DNA of 64,000 bases from an uncultured Solirubrobacterales bacterium (GTDB lineage Bacteria; Actinomycetota; Thermoleophilia; Solirubrobacterales; Solirubrobacteraceae): positions 172,230 through 236,229 of the forward strand of contig CAWCMD010000013.1 in assembly GCA_963796525.1 (NCBI GenBank), given 5' to 3'. Under the pieces are notes generated by a model that did not search any database, had not been told where the DNA came from, and worked only from the letters and a program-made list of their open reading frames with translations. Positions within the stretch are counted from its first letter, which is position 1. Every line of letters begins with the position of its first letter. Shown piece after piece: positions 9,740 to 18,324 of the stretch. The position numbers and the translations under genes are program-made.

Positions 9740-10741
9740 TCAGTGACGGTGCCGTCGCTCGGCCTCGTGGCGCTCGAGCGCGAGTTCCACGAGCCGGGCC
9801 AGCAGGTCCGGATACGGGATCCCGCTTGCCGCGAACAGCGACCCGAACACGCTCGTCTGGGTGAATCCAGGAATCGTGTTCAGCTCGTTGACGAGCACCG
9901 TCTCGCCTTCGACGAAGAAGTCCACGCGAGCGAGCCCGCAGCAGCCGGTCATCAGGAACGTCGCGATCGCCAGCTCGCGGACTCGCTCGCGGACGGGGTC
10001 GGGGATCCGCGCGGGGATGATCAGCTTCATCCCGCCCGCCGTGTACTTCGCCTCGTAGTCGTACCAGCCGCTCTCGCCTGCCGCGAGCAGGATCTCGCCG
10101 GGCTGCGACGCGATCGGCTGGCCGTTGCCGATCACCGAGCACTCGACCTCAAGGCCCGAGGACGCGGCCTCGACGATCGCCAGCGCGTCGTGCTCGAACG
10201 CCGTCTGTAGAGCATCCGGCAGCTCGCGCGCGTCAGCGACACGGACGATGCCAACCGAGGAGCCGAGCCGGGCGGGCTTGACGAACACCGGTAAGCCGAG
10301 GCTCCCCAGATCGATCAGCACGGCTGCCGGACTCGCCGCGTAGCGCGCCTCGGTGACTGCACGGTAGGCGACCTGCGGGATCCCCGCATTGGCCATCAGA
10401 TCCTTGAACATCACCTTGTCCATGCACAGCGCGGAGGCGAGCACGCCGGCGCCGACATAGGCGACGTCCAGGCATTCGAGCAGCCCCTGCACGGTGCCGT
10501 CCTCGCCGAAGGGGCCGTGCAGCACTGGGAACACGACGTCGGCGCCGGCCAGCCCCCGCCCGGGTGTCAGCGTGAGCTCTTCGCCTTCGCGCCGCCACAC
10601 GCCTTCGCGGTCGATCTCGATCTCGATCGGCTCGTGGCCTGCGGTCGCAAGCCCCTCTCGGACCGAGGCCGCGGACGCGATCGACACCTCATGCTCGGAG
10701 GAGCGCCCTCCCCCGAGCACCGCTACGCGCCGCGCGGTCAC
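9740..10741 (-). CDS. ddl: D-alanine--D-alanine ligase
   Basis: RVAVLGGGRSSEHEVSIASA, HGPFGEDGTVQGLLE, FVKPARLGSSVGI and NELNTIPGFT motifs. The GTG start overlaps the pknB stop (GTGA). Confidence 0.9.
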   Translation of the reverse strand: MTARRVAVLGGGRSSEHEVSIASAASVREGLATAGHEPIEIEIDREGVWRREGEELTLTPGRGLAGADVVFPVLHGPFGEDGTVQGLLECLDVAYVGAGVLASALCMDKVMFKDLMANAGIPQVAYRAVTEARYAASPAAVLIDLGSLGLPVFVKPARLGSSVGIVRVADARELPDALQTAFEHDALAIVEAASSGLEVECSVIGNGQPIASQPGEILLAAGESGWYDYEAKYTAGGMKLIIPARIPDPVRERVRELAIATFLMTGCCGLARVDFFVEGETVLVNELNTIPGFTQTSVFGSLFAASGIPYPDLLARLVELALERHEAERRHRH

Positions 10742-12735
10742 GTGGTCTTGCTGCTCGTCGTCGTGGAGGTCGACGTGGTCGGTGTGGTCGACGTGGTCGT
10801 CGTCGTCGTGCTCGTGAGCTTGCCGACGACGATCGTCACCGTGCTGCCCTTGTTGACGGTCGTTCCCGCCCCTGGGTTCTCGGACAGCACGATTCCGTCC
10901 TTCGCCGGGTCGGACACCGACTTCGTCGTCTCGACGACGTTCAGCCCCGCGCCGCTCAGCGCCGACGTGGCCTGGCTGGCCGTCTTGCCCGTCACGTCGG
11001 GCACGGTGACCGTCGGCGGCGCCTTGGCCACGACGATCGACACGGTCGATCCCTGCGCGGCCTGCGAGTTGCCCGCAGGGTTCTGGCTGATCACGGTCCC
11101 GGGCGAGTCGCTGCTCGACTCCTGGGTCGAGCTCGTGACCTGGAAGCCGGCGTTCTGGAGCGTCGCCCTCGCCGCCGACTCAGACTGGCCGGTGACATCG
11201 GGCACGGTGGCGACGGGCTTGCCCGAGGACACGAAGATCGTCACCTTCGTGCCGACCGCGGGTTGCGACCCCGCCGCCGGATCGGTGTTGATCACGAGAT
11301 CCTTCTCGACGGTCGTGCTCGATTGGTGCACGACGCGTCCGACCTTCAGATTCGCGGCCTTGATCTCCTGCTTGGCGGTGGCTAACGGCAGACCCTCGAC
11401 GGAGGGCACCGTCGCGTTTCCTGGTCCTGAGGAGACCGTCAGATTGACCGTCGAGCCGTCGTCGGCTTTCGCCTGCGCCTGCGGATCCTGGCTGATCACG
11501 GTGCCCGCGGGCTTGCTGTTGGAGACGTCGATGACCTGAACCCCGAACCCGTCGTTCTGGAGGATCGTGCGGGCGTCGTTGAGGTTCTGGCCGACGACGT
11601 TCGGGACGATCTTCTGTGCCGGGCGGGTCAGCAGGTAGGCCGCCGCCCCGCCGGCCGCGAGCAGCAGCGCAATCAGGACCGCGATCCACACCCACCGTCG
11701 GTCGGGGTGCTCGTCCGCTGGCGGCTCTTCGGGCGGCACGCCGGTCATCGTTCCGTCGCCGTCGACGCCGGGCGCGAGCAAGGTGGGGGGAGTCGTGGTG
11801 CCGGCGGCGGCATCGGCCGCCGCCACGCCGGCCAAACCGCCCACCGCGCCGCCGACCCCGGCCAGCGCCGGCATGCTCATCGTCCGCTGCCCGCGCGTGC
11901 CCGCCAGGATCGCCTCCTTGGCCTGCTCGAGCGCTGTCAGGAACTGGTCCGCGTCGGTCGGGCGATCGGCGGGGTTCTTGTTCAACGACCACATCACCAC
12001 CTGCTCGAGCTCAGGCGGGATGCGGGGGTTGATCGCGGTTGGTGCCGTCGGCGACTCCGACACGTGCTTGAGCGCGATCGTGACCGCCGCCTCGGCATCG
12101 AACGGCACGCGGCCGGTCAGCAGCTCGTAGAGCACGACGCCGATCGAGTACAGGTCCGAGCTCGCGCTGACGGCGTGCCCCTGCGCCTGCTCGGGCGAGA
12201 GGTACTGCGCGGTGCCCATGATCGAGCCGGTCTCGGTCATGTCGGAGGCACCCGCACGTGCGATCCCGAAGTCCGTGACCTTGGCGTGGTCGGCATCGTC
12301 GATGATCACGTTGTGGGGCTTGAGGTCGCGGTGGATCACCCCGTGGCGATGGGCGAACCGGGCGGCCTTGAGGATCTGGATCGTGATGTCGATCGCACGG
12401 ATCGGATCGATCGGCGCCTCCTGCCGGATCAGCTGCTTGAGCGAACGACCCGGCAGGTACTCCATCGCGATGTAGTAGGTGTCGTCGTAGGACCCCCTGT
12501 CGTAGACGCTGACGACGTTGGGGTGCTGGAGCCCGGCGGCTGCCTGTGCCTCGCGACGGAAGCGCTCGACGAAACCCGGGTCCTCCGAGAATCGCCGGTG
12601 CAGCAGCTTTAGCGCGACCTTGCGGCCGAGCTGCTGGTCCTCGGCCAGGAACACGTCCGCCATCCCCCCGGCGCCGAGTCGGGAGATGACCTTGTAGCGC
12701 CCGTCGATGATCGTTCCGGCGGTCAGCTCAGCCAC
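10738..12735 (-). CDS. pknB: PASTA-domain Ser/Thr protein kinase
   Basis: Kinase domain (HRDLKPHNVII, DFGIARA), one TM helix and four PASTA repeats (VPNVVGQ.., VPSVEGL.., VPDVTGQ.., VPDVTGK..). Thr/Ser-rich C-terminal tail. Confidence 0.9.
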   Translation of the reverse strand: MAELTAGTIIDGRYKVISRLGAGGMADVFLAEDQQLGRKVALKLLHRRFSEDPGFVERFRREAQAAAGLQHPNVVSVYDRGSYDDTYYIAMEYLPGRSLKQLIRQEAPIDPIRAIDITIQILKAARFAHRHGVIHRDLKPHNVIIDDADHAKVTDFGIARAGASDMTETGSIMGTAQYLSPEQAQGHAVSASSDLYSIGVVLYELLTGRVPFDAEAAVTIALKHVSESPTAPTAINPRIPPELEQVVMWSLNKNPADRPTDADQFLTALEQAKEAILAGTRGQRTMSMPALAGVGGAVGGLAGVAAADAAAGTTTPPTLLAPGVDGDGTMTGVPPEEPPADEHPDRRWVWIAVLIALLLAAGGAAAYLLTRPAQKIVPNVVGQNLNDARTILQNDGFGVQVIDVSNSKPAGTVISQDPQAQAKADDGSTVNLTVSSGPGNATVPSVEGLPLATAKQEIKAANLKVGRVVHQSSTTVEKDLVINTDPAAGSQPAVGTKVTIFVSSGKPVATVPDVTGQSESAARATLQNAGFQVTSSTQESSSDSPGTVISQNPAGNSQAAQGSTVSIVVAKAPPTVTVPDVTGKTASQATSALSGAGLNVVETTKSVSDPAKDGIVLSENPGAGTTVNKGSTVTIVVGKLTSTTTTTTSTTPTTSTSTTTSSKTT

Positions 12736-12738
12736 GGG

Positions 12739-14181
12739 TCACTGTCCCTCCGATAGCAGCGTCTGGATGATGGCTTTGGCGATCGGGGCAGCAACCGTTC
12801 CGCCGAACCCGCCCTGCGACCGCTCGATGGTGACGGCGACGGCGATCTTCGGATTCTCGGCGGGCGCGAAACCGATGAACCACGGCTGCGTGAGGTTGGA
12901 GCCGGGCGAGCCGATTTCCGCGGTACCGGTCTTCCCGGCGACGTCGATGCCGCCCAGCTGGGCGGGCGTCCCGGTCCCCTCCTCGACCACCTTGCGCATC
13001 ATCTGCGTCAGCTGCGCTGCGGTCGAGGGCTTCATCACCTGGTTGTAGCCGCTCGGGGCGATCGTCTTGACCGTGCGGCCGTCCTGGTCGACGACCTTGG
13101 TCGTCATGTGGGGCGCCATCAGCTTGCCGCCATTAGCCACCGCGGCGGCGACCATCGCCATCTGCAACGGCGTCACCTCGAGGCCACCCTCGCCGATTCC
13201 GATCCGCCCGATGTCCTCGCGCGGGCTGCCGGGAGGATACGGGTGGCGGCTGCCTGGCGGGTACGGCTGACTGGCGTTGAGCTGAAACGGCGGGTAGTCG
13301 AGTGGCGGCTTCGCATAGAAGCCGAAGCGCTTCATGTACTCGGTCATCAGCGGCCGGCCGAGCTGCTCGGCAACCTGCGCCCACACGGTGTTGACAGAGT
13401 ACGTCAGCGCGGTCGTCAAATCGATGTTGCCCCATGACTGATTGCCGTCGTTCTGCAGCGGAACACCCGAGATGATCTTCGGTGAGTCGCCGTTCACCTG
13501 TGAACTCGGCGTGTAGTGGCCGCTGTCGATCGCGGCCGCCGCGGTGACGACCTTGAACGTCGAGCCCGGTGGGTAGCCGGCCTGCGTGGAGCGGTTGAAC
13601 GTGCCCTGCGGATTCGTGCCGTTGTCGTTGTACGTCGGGTTGGCATACATCACCTTGACGGCGCCGTTGCGCGGGTTGATCGCGACGACCGAGCCCGCCT
13701 GGCCGGCGAGCTGCTGAACGGCCACCTGCTGGGCCTTCGGATCGAGCGAGGTGTAGACGTCGTCGCCGACGCGCAGCGACCCGCCGAACTGGCCGAACAC
13801 CGAGCTGAGGCCGGTCTGCAGTCCACGTAGCTCTGCCGCGCGCGAGAGCTCCAGACCCTCGGCGCGGGCCTGCGCGGGGAGCGAAAAGCCGACCGCCTGT
13901 GAGAACAGGCCCGAGGTCGGATACGAGCGCTTCCAGGTCTTGCCAGGCGCCGGCACCGACTTCGCCAGCACCGTGCCGTCGTCGGCCAAGATCTCGCCGC
14001 GCTTGATCCGCAACTCGTCGATCAGAGTGCGGGCGTTGAGCGCGTTGTTGTTGAGCTTGCTGGCCTCGAACACCGTCCAGCGCGAGGTCCAGACGAGCAA
14101 CAGCGTGAACAGCACGATGACAAGACCGAACAGGCGGACGATCGACTGGTTCACGAACGGCCTCCAGGGCGTCGCTGCCAA
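12739..14181 (-). CDS. pbpA: class B penicillin-binding protein (transpeptidase)
   Basis: 480 aa with an N-terminal TM helix and the STFK, SVN and KTGTA transpeptidase motifs. It sits between rodA and pknB as in the conserved actinobacterial cluster. Confidence 0.9.
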   Translation of the reverse strand: MAATPWRPFVNQSIVRLFGLVIVLFTLLLVWTSRWTVFEASKLNNNALNARTLIDELRIKRGEILADDGTVLAKSVPAPGKTWKRSYPTSGLFSQAVGFSLPAQARAEGLELSRAAELRGLQTGLSSVFGQFGGSLRVGDDVYTSLDPKAQQVAVQQLAGQAGSVVAINPRNGAVKVMYANPTYNDNGTNPQGTFNRSTQAGYPPGSTFKVVTAAAAIDSGHYTPSSQVNGDSPKIISGVPLQNDGNQSWGNIDLTTALTYSVNTVWAQVAEQLGRPLMTEYMKRFGFYAKPPLDYPPFQLNASQPYPPGSRHPYPPGSPREDIGRIGIGEGGLEVTPLQMAMVAAAVANGGKLMAPHMTTKVVDQDGRTVKTIAPSGYNQVMKPSTAAQLTQMMRKVVEEGTGTPAQLGGIDVAGKTGTAEIGSPGSNLTQPWFIGFAPAENPKIAVAVTIERSQGGFGGTVAAPIAKAIIQTLLSEGQ

Positions 14182-14251
14182 GGACGCAAGGAGCGACGCG
14201 TGCTTCGCACGCGAGCGACTGAGGACGCCGGCAGCGATGTTCTGGGGCCGT

Positions 14252-15556
14252 TCACGTCGCCTCTCTGCGGGCCCGGTCCGAGATCAGGAGCAGCAGCGCG
14301 AGCAGCACGAAGTTCGCGACGATCGACGACCCGCCGTAGGAGATGAACGGCAGCGTTACGCCGGTGAGCGGGATGACCCGCGTCACGCCGCCCACGATCA
14401 CGAACACCTGGAGCGCGAACATCGCGGTCAAGCCGGTCGCAAGCAGCGTCGAGAAGGAATCCTGGGCGAGCACCGCCGTCTTGAACCCGCGGGCAACGAA
14501 GAGCAGATAGGTGACCAGCACCGCGGCCGCGCCGAAGAGGCCGAGCTCATCCGTGATCACCGCGTAGATCATGTCCGTCTGTGGCGCGGGAAGCAGCGGC
14601 CCGCCGTTCGGAATCGTCAGCACGGCCTGCCCGAAGCCCTGGCCGAACAGCCCACCGGCGGCCTGGGCGAAGACCGAGTTTGCGATCTGGTAGCTGCCGA
14701 GCGTCGCGTGGTAGAGCCTTGGATTGAACGGATGCAGCCAGTCCTCGACGCGCGCGTGGACGTGGGGAATATGGGTCCCCAGGTACCAGGCTCCGATTGC
14801 GAACGCGAGCAGGCCGATGACCACGAACGACAGCCTGTTGGTGGCCACGTACAGCACCGCGAGCAGGCCGCCGTAGAACATCAGCGAGGAGCCCATGTCG
14901 CTGAGCAGCACGAGGATTCCCATCGCGACCCCCCAGATCACGATCACCGGCCCGAAGTGCTTCAGTGGCGGGATCGTCACCCCAAGCACTCGCCTTGCGC
15001 CCTGCACCATCACCTGCCGGTAGTCGCGCAGGTAGCTCGCGAGGAAGATGACGAGCCCGATCTTCGCGAACTCCGCCGGCTGGAACACGAACAGTCCCGG
15101 AATCCGCACGCCGAGGTACGCGCCGTTGGCGGCGTACCCGATCCCCGGGAGGCGCGGGATGATCAGCAATCCGAGCGACGCGGCGACGATCGTGTAGCGG
15201 TAGCGCTCGAGCTTGCGGTAATCGCGGAACAGCACGATCGTGACCGCGAACAGGATCAGCCCGAGCACGAACCACTGGGCCTGCTGGCGAGCGAGCGTGG
15301 GATCGATTCTGTAGACCATCACGATCCCGAAGCTGGCGAGCAGCGCGACCAGCGGGAACATGTACGGGTCGGCGTCGGGCAGGGTCATGCGGATGAAGAT
15401 GTGGCCGGCCAGGCACAACCCCAGGAAGATCGCGCCGTACGTGAGCGAGACGTTCGACAGCGCGTTCGAGCGCTGGATGAAAACGCCCGCGAAGCCCGCG
15501 GTAACGAGCAGCGACGCTGGAATCAGGCCGAGGAGTTCGCGGTTGCGTGCTGTCAT
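14252..15556 (-). CDS. rodA: FtsW/RodA/SpoVE-family SEDS glycosyltransferase
   Basis: 434 aa, about 10 TM helices, with QPAEFAK and PFISYGGSS motifs. Confidence 0.9.
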   Translation of the reverse strand: MTARNRELLGLIPASLLVTAGFAGVFIQRSNALSNVSLTYGAIFLGLCLAGHIFIRMTLPDADPYMFPLVALLASFGIVMVYRIDPTLARQQAQWFVLGLILFAVTIVLFRDYRKLERYRYTIVAASLGLLIIPRLPGIGYAANGAYLGVRIPGLFVFQPAEFAKIGLVIFLASYLRDYRQVMVQGARRVLGVTIPPLKHFGPVIVIWGVAMGILVLLSDMGSSLMFYGGLLAVLYVATNRLSFVVIGLLAFAIGAWYLGTHIPHVHARVEDWLHPFNPRLYHATLGSYQIANSVFAQAAGGLFGQGFGQAVLTIPNGGPLLPAPQTDMIYAVITDELGLFGAAAVLVTYLLFVARGFKTAVLAQDSFSTLLATGLTAMFALQVFVIVGGVTRVIPLTGVTLPFISYGGSSIVANFVLLALLLLISDRARREAT

Positions 15557-15611
15557 TCGAGGTGTTCCCCCGCCAGGCCTCCAGCCCGGCGCTGTGATCG
15601 TAGCCCTGCCC

Positions 15612-17009
15612 TCACCGCGAGATCCTCCCGAGCTCGAGATCGTGCACGAGATTCTCCGCGTCCGTCTCCGATCGGAGGTGATGATTGAAGAGGGCCCCGC
15701 GCCGGTCGGCCGGGACGAGCGACGCGGGCACGCCGGAGACGTAGAAGGTCTCGTACAGGTGGATCCCGCCGGGGAGGTCGTACGGGAAGCCGCGGTAGAT
15801 CGTCACGACGCCCTGTGAGTTCGTGCCGATGAAGTACAGCTGCCGGCTCGCCAGGAAGCCGCCGCCGATGATCAGACCGAGCACGATCACCACGGCAAGC
15901 AGAGCTGCCAGCGGCTTGATGTAGCGGCGCTCCTTGTGCGGCGGAGGTTCCTCCGGTTTGCCTTGAGTGCGGGCCAGCGGCGGCGGCACGATGCGCGACT
16001 GGGAGATCGACGGCTGTGGCGCGACGGCGCTGGCGGCCGGCGCCGCGTGAGCGGAGTGCGCCGGCGCTTCGGCGGAGCCGGCCTCCTGATCGGAGCCGGC
16101 CGGCGCTTCGGCGGAGCCGGCCTCATGATCGGAGCCGGCCGGCGCTTCGGCGGAGCCGGCCTCCTGATCGGAGCCGGCCGGCGCTTCGCCTGCCACGACG
16201 GACTCGCTCGTGTCCGCGTCAGTCGTCTCCGTCGCGGCTCTCGCGGCTGGCGTGACCACCATCGTCCGCTCATCCGCCGCCAGTCCGTCGGCGCCGACGT
16301 CCTCGAGCCGGAACAGCACGACCGTGATGTTGTCCCGGCCGCCCGCCTTGTTCGCTGCGGCAATCAGCCGCTCCGCAGCCTGCCCCAGATCATCGGTCTC
16401 GGCGAGCACAGCCGCGACCTCGGCCTCTGAAATCATCGAGGTCAGGCCGTCGCTGCACAGCAGCAGGACGTCGCCGGCGCGCACCGGGTAGGTCCACGTG
16501 TCGACGTTGACGGTCGGCTCTGGTCCGAGTGCGCGGGTGATGATCGAGCGCTGTGGATGCTCAGCCGCCTGCTCGGGGGTGAGCTTGCCCTGTCGCACGA
16601 GCTCCTCGACCAGCGAGTGATCCTGCGTCAACCGCGTGAGCTCACCGTCGCGGAACAGGTAGGCGCGGCTGTCGCCGACATGGGCGATCGCCAGGTCAGA
16701 GTCGTCCAGGTAAGCCGCGGTGAGCGTCGTACCCATCCCGGCCCGTTCGCGCTCGGCGGCGGCAAGCTCGTGGATCCGCTGATTTGCCGCCTGCACCGCC
16801 TGCGCGAGCCGCTCCTCGGGGCTCCCGTTCTCCGGAAGCCCCTGCTCGAAGGTCTCGACCGCGATCCGCGACGCGACCTCCCCGGCCTGCGCCCCGCCCA
16901 TCCCGTCGGCGACGACGAACACCGGGGCCCGGGCATACATCGAGTCCTCGTTGTCCCGGCGCTGGAGCCCGGGGTCCGTCTTCTTTGTCGTGTCGGCGGC
17001 GCGGAGCAT
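15612..17009 (-). CDS. pstP: PP2C-family Ser/Thr phosphatase with repeat-containing linker and TM anchor
   Basis: ADGMGGAQAGEVAS and LLLCSDGLT PP2C motifs. An Ala/Glu/Ser-rich linker containing a 13-aa tandem repeat precedes a TM helix and an extracellular tail. Confidence 0.9.
   Translation of the reverse strand: MLRAADTTKKTDPGLQRRDNEDSMYARAPVFVVADGMGGAQAGEVASRIAVETFEQGLPENGSPEERLAQAVQAANQRIHELAAAERERAGMGTTLTAAYLDDSDLAIAHVGDSRAYLFRDGELTRLTQDHSLVEELVRQGKLTPEQAAEHPQRSIITRALGPEPTVNVDTWTYPVRAGDVLLLCSDGLTSMISEAEVAAVLAETDDLGQAAERLIAAANKAGGRDNITVVLFRLEDVGADGLAADERTMVVTPAARAATETTDADTSESVVAGEAPAGSDQEAGSAEAPAGSDHEAGSAEAPAGSDQEAGSAEAPAHSAHAAPAASAVAPQPSISQSRIVPPPLARTQGKPEEPPPHKERRYIKPLAALLAVVIVLGLIIGGGFLASRQLYFIGTNSQGVVTIYRGFPYDLPGGIHLYETFYVSGVPASLVPADRRGALFNHHLRSETDAENLVHDLELGRISR
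16061..16190. repeat. 39-bp in-frame tandem repeat (about 3.3 copies) inside pstP
   Basis: The unit ccggcgcttcggcggagccggcctc(c/a)tgatcggagccgg starts at 16061, 16100, 16139 and 16178 (partial). It encodes GSAEAPAGSD(Q/H)EA repeats. Confidence 0.9.
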
Positions 17010-17011
17010 GG

Positions 17012-17497
17012 TTATTGCAGGTAGGAAAACTCGCAGTCTCCAATCCTGATGCGATCGCCGGGGTGAAGTGGTTGTGGCCCGCTTAGCGGCTCGTCATTCA
17101 GGTATGTGCCGTTCGTCGACCCGAGATCCTCGATCACCACCACGTGGCCCTCCGGCGTGATGCGGGCGTGGCGAGAGGATGCGAACGGGTCCTCGAGCTT
17201 GATCTCGACATCCCCGCGGCCAAGCGTGGCGCCGTGCACGGGGATCTCGTACGCGGTGCCCGACTCGTGGCCGGCGGCGTGCTCGACAAGCAGCCTCGGC
17301 TCGAAATCCTCGTCGAAATCATCCATCCCGGCGGGTGCGTACATGCTGGTGCCGTCGTCCTGTGGTCGGCTGGGAGCAGCCGCGCTTGCACGGCCGCGAC
17401 GCAGGTCGCGCAGCGCGCTCCACGCTACCCACAACAGGAACAGGTAGAGCACGATCAGGAAGCCGAACTTGAGACCGACTGAGACAGGCTGAAGCAT
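17012..17497 (-). CDS. fhaB: FHA-domain protein with N-terminal TM helix
   Basis: 161 aa with a C-terminal FHA domain (LGRGDVEIKLEDPFASSRHARI...DLGSTNGTYLN). Conserved position next to pstP. Confidence 0.85.
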   Translation of the reverse strand: MLQPVSVGLKFGFLIVLYLFLLWVAWSALRDLRRGRASAAAPSRPQDDGTSMYAPAGMDDFDEDFEPRLLVEHAAGHESGTAYEIPVHGATLGRGDVEIKLEDPFASSRHARITPEGHVVVIEDLGSTNGTYLNDEPLSGPQPLHPGDRIRIGDCEFSYLQ

Positions 17498-17503
17498 CTG
17501 CTG

Positions 17504-18262
17504 TTACTCCAGCTCGAATGTGATCACGGACGTGCCGAGCTCGATCTGGTCGCCCGGTCTGATCACCTCCGCACCTTCGATCCGCTTGCCGTTCAGCAGC
17601 GAGCCGTTGGTGGACCCGAGGTCGATCAGGACCCAGGAGCCGCCGCGCGGGCGGATCTCAGCGTGCTCGCGCGAGACGTTGGGATCGGGTAGCACGATGT
17701 CGCATTGCCGGCTGCGTCCGAGCGTCGCTCCAGCGGGCCCGACGACTAGGCGCTTGCCGTCGAACAGCAGCAGCGCCGTTTGCACGGTCGTGCGGGCCCG
17801 CTCCTCGAGCGGCTCGGCGAGCCGCCCCGCCGTGCTGTAGATCATGGTCCGGCCCGCCTCCTCGTGCTCCGGAGCCGGCTCGGACTCCTGCGGCGGATGT
17901 ACGACGCCGGTCTGGATCCCGAATTCACCGAGTCCTAACCGATCGTCAGTCTCAAAATCGATCACGGGCCGTGATACGAGCGCAAACCGCTCCCTGCGCG
18001 CATGCTCGAGCAGGTACCCGGCGAGCTCAGCCGCGAGCGCATCCTCGTAGTCCGCGAAGCGCGCACGATCGCGCGGTGAGAGGAACACGCGGTACTGGTT
18101 CGGAACATATGTGCGTGAGACCGAGAGATGCTTGTGTTCCTCCATTTCGCGGGCCAATCGGCGGGCGATCTCGACTGGGCGCACCTCGGAGCGGAAGGCA
18201 CGGCTGAACGTGCCTTCGACGAGGCCGGCGATCTTGCTCTCGATGCTTCTGAGCACGCTCAT
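17504..18262 (-). CDS. fhaA: DUF3662 + FHA domain protein
   Basis: MSVLRSIESKIAGLVEGTFSRAF (DUF3662 N-terminus) and a C-terminal FHA domain (LGRSRQCDIVLPDPNVSREHAEI...DLGSTNGSLLNG). Start moved to the internal ATG at 18262; the track ORF extends to 18370. Confidence 0.85.
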   Translation of the reverse strand: MSVLRSIESKIAGLVEGTFSRAFRSEVRPVEIARRLAREMEEHKHLSVSRTYVPNQYRVFLSPRDRARFADYEDALAAELAGYLLEHARRERFALVSRPVIDFETDDRLGLGEFGIQTGVVHPPQESEPAPEHEEAGRTMIYSTAGRLAEPLEERARTTVQTALLLFDGKRLVVGPAGATLGRSRQCDIVLPDPNVSREHAEIRPRGGSWVLIDLGSTNGSLLNGKRIEGAEVIRPGDQIELGTSVITFELE

Positions 18263-18324
18263 GGCTTTACCCTGACGGCACAGCTGCGGACCGGATACGG
18301 CGCGTGGCTCAGGGCGATTCCATG

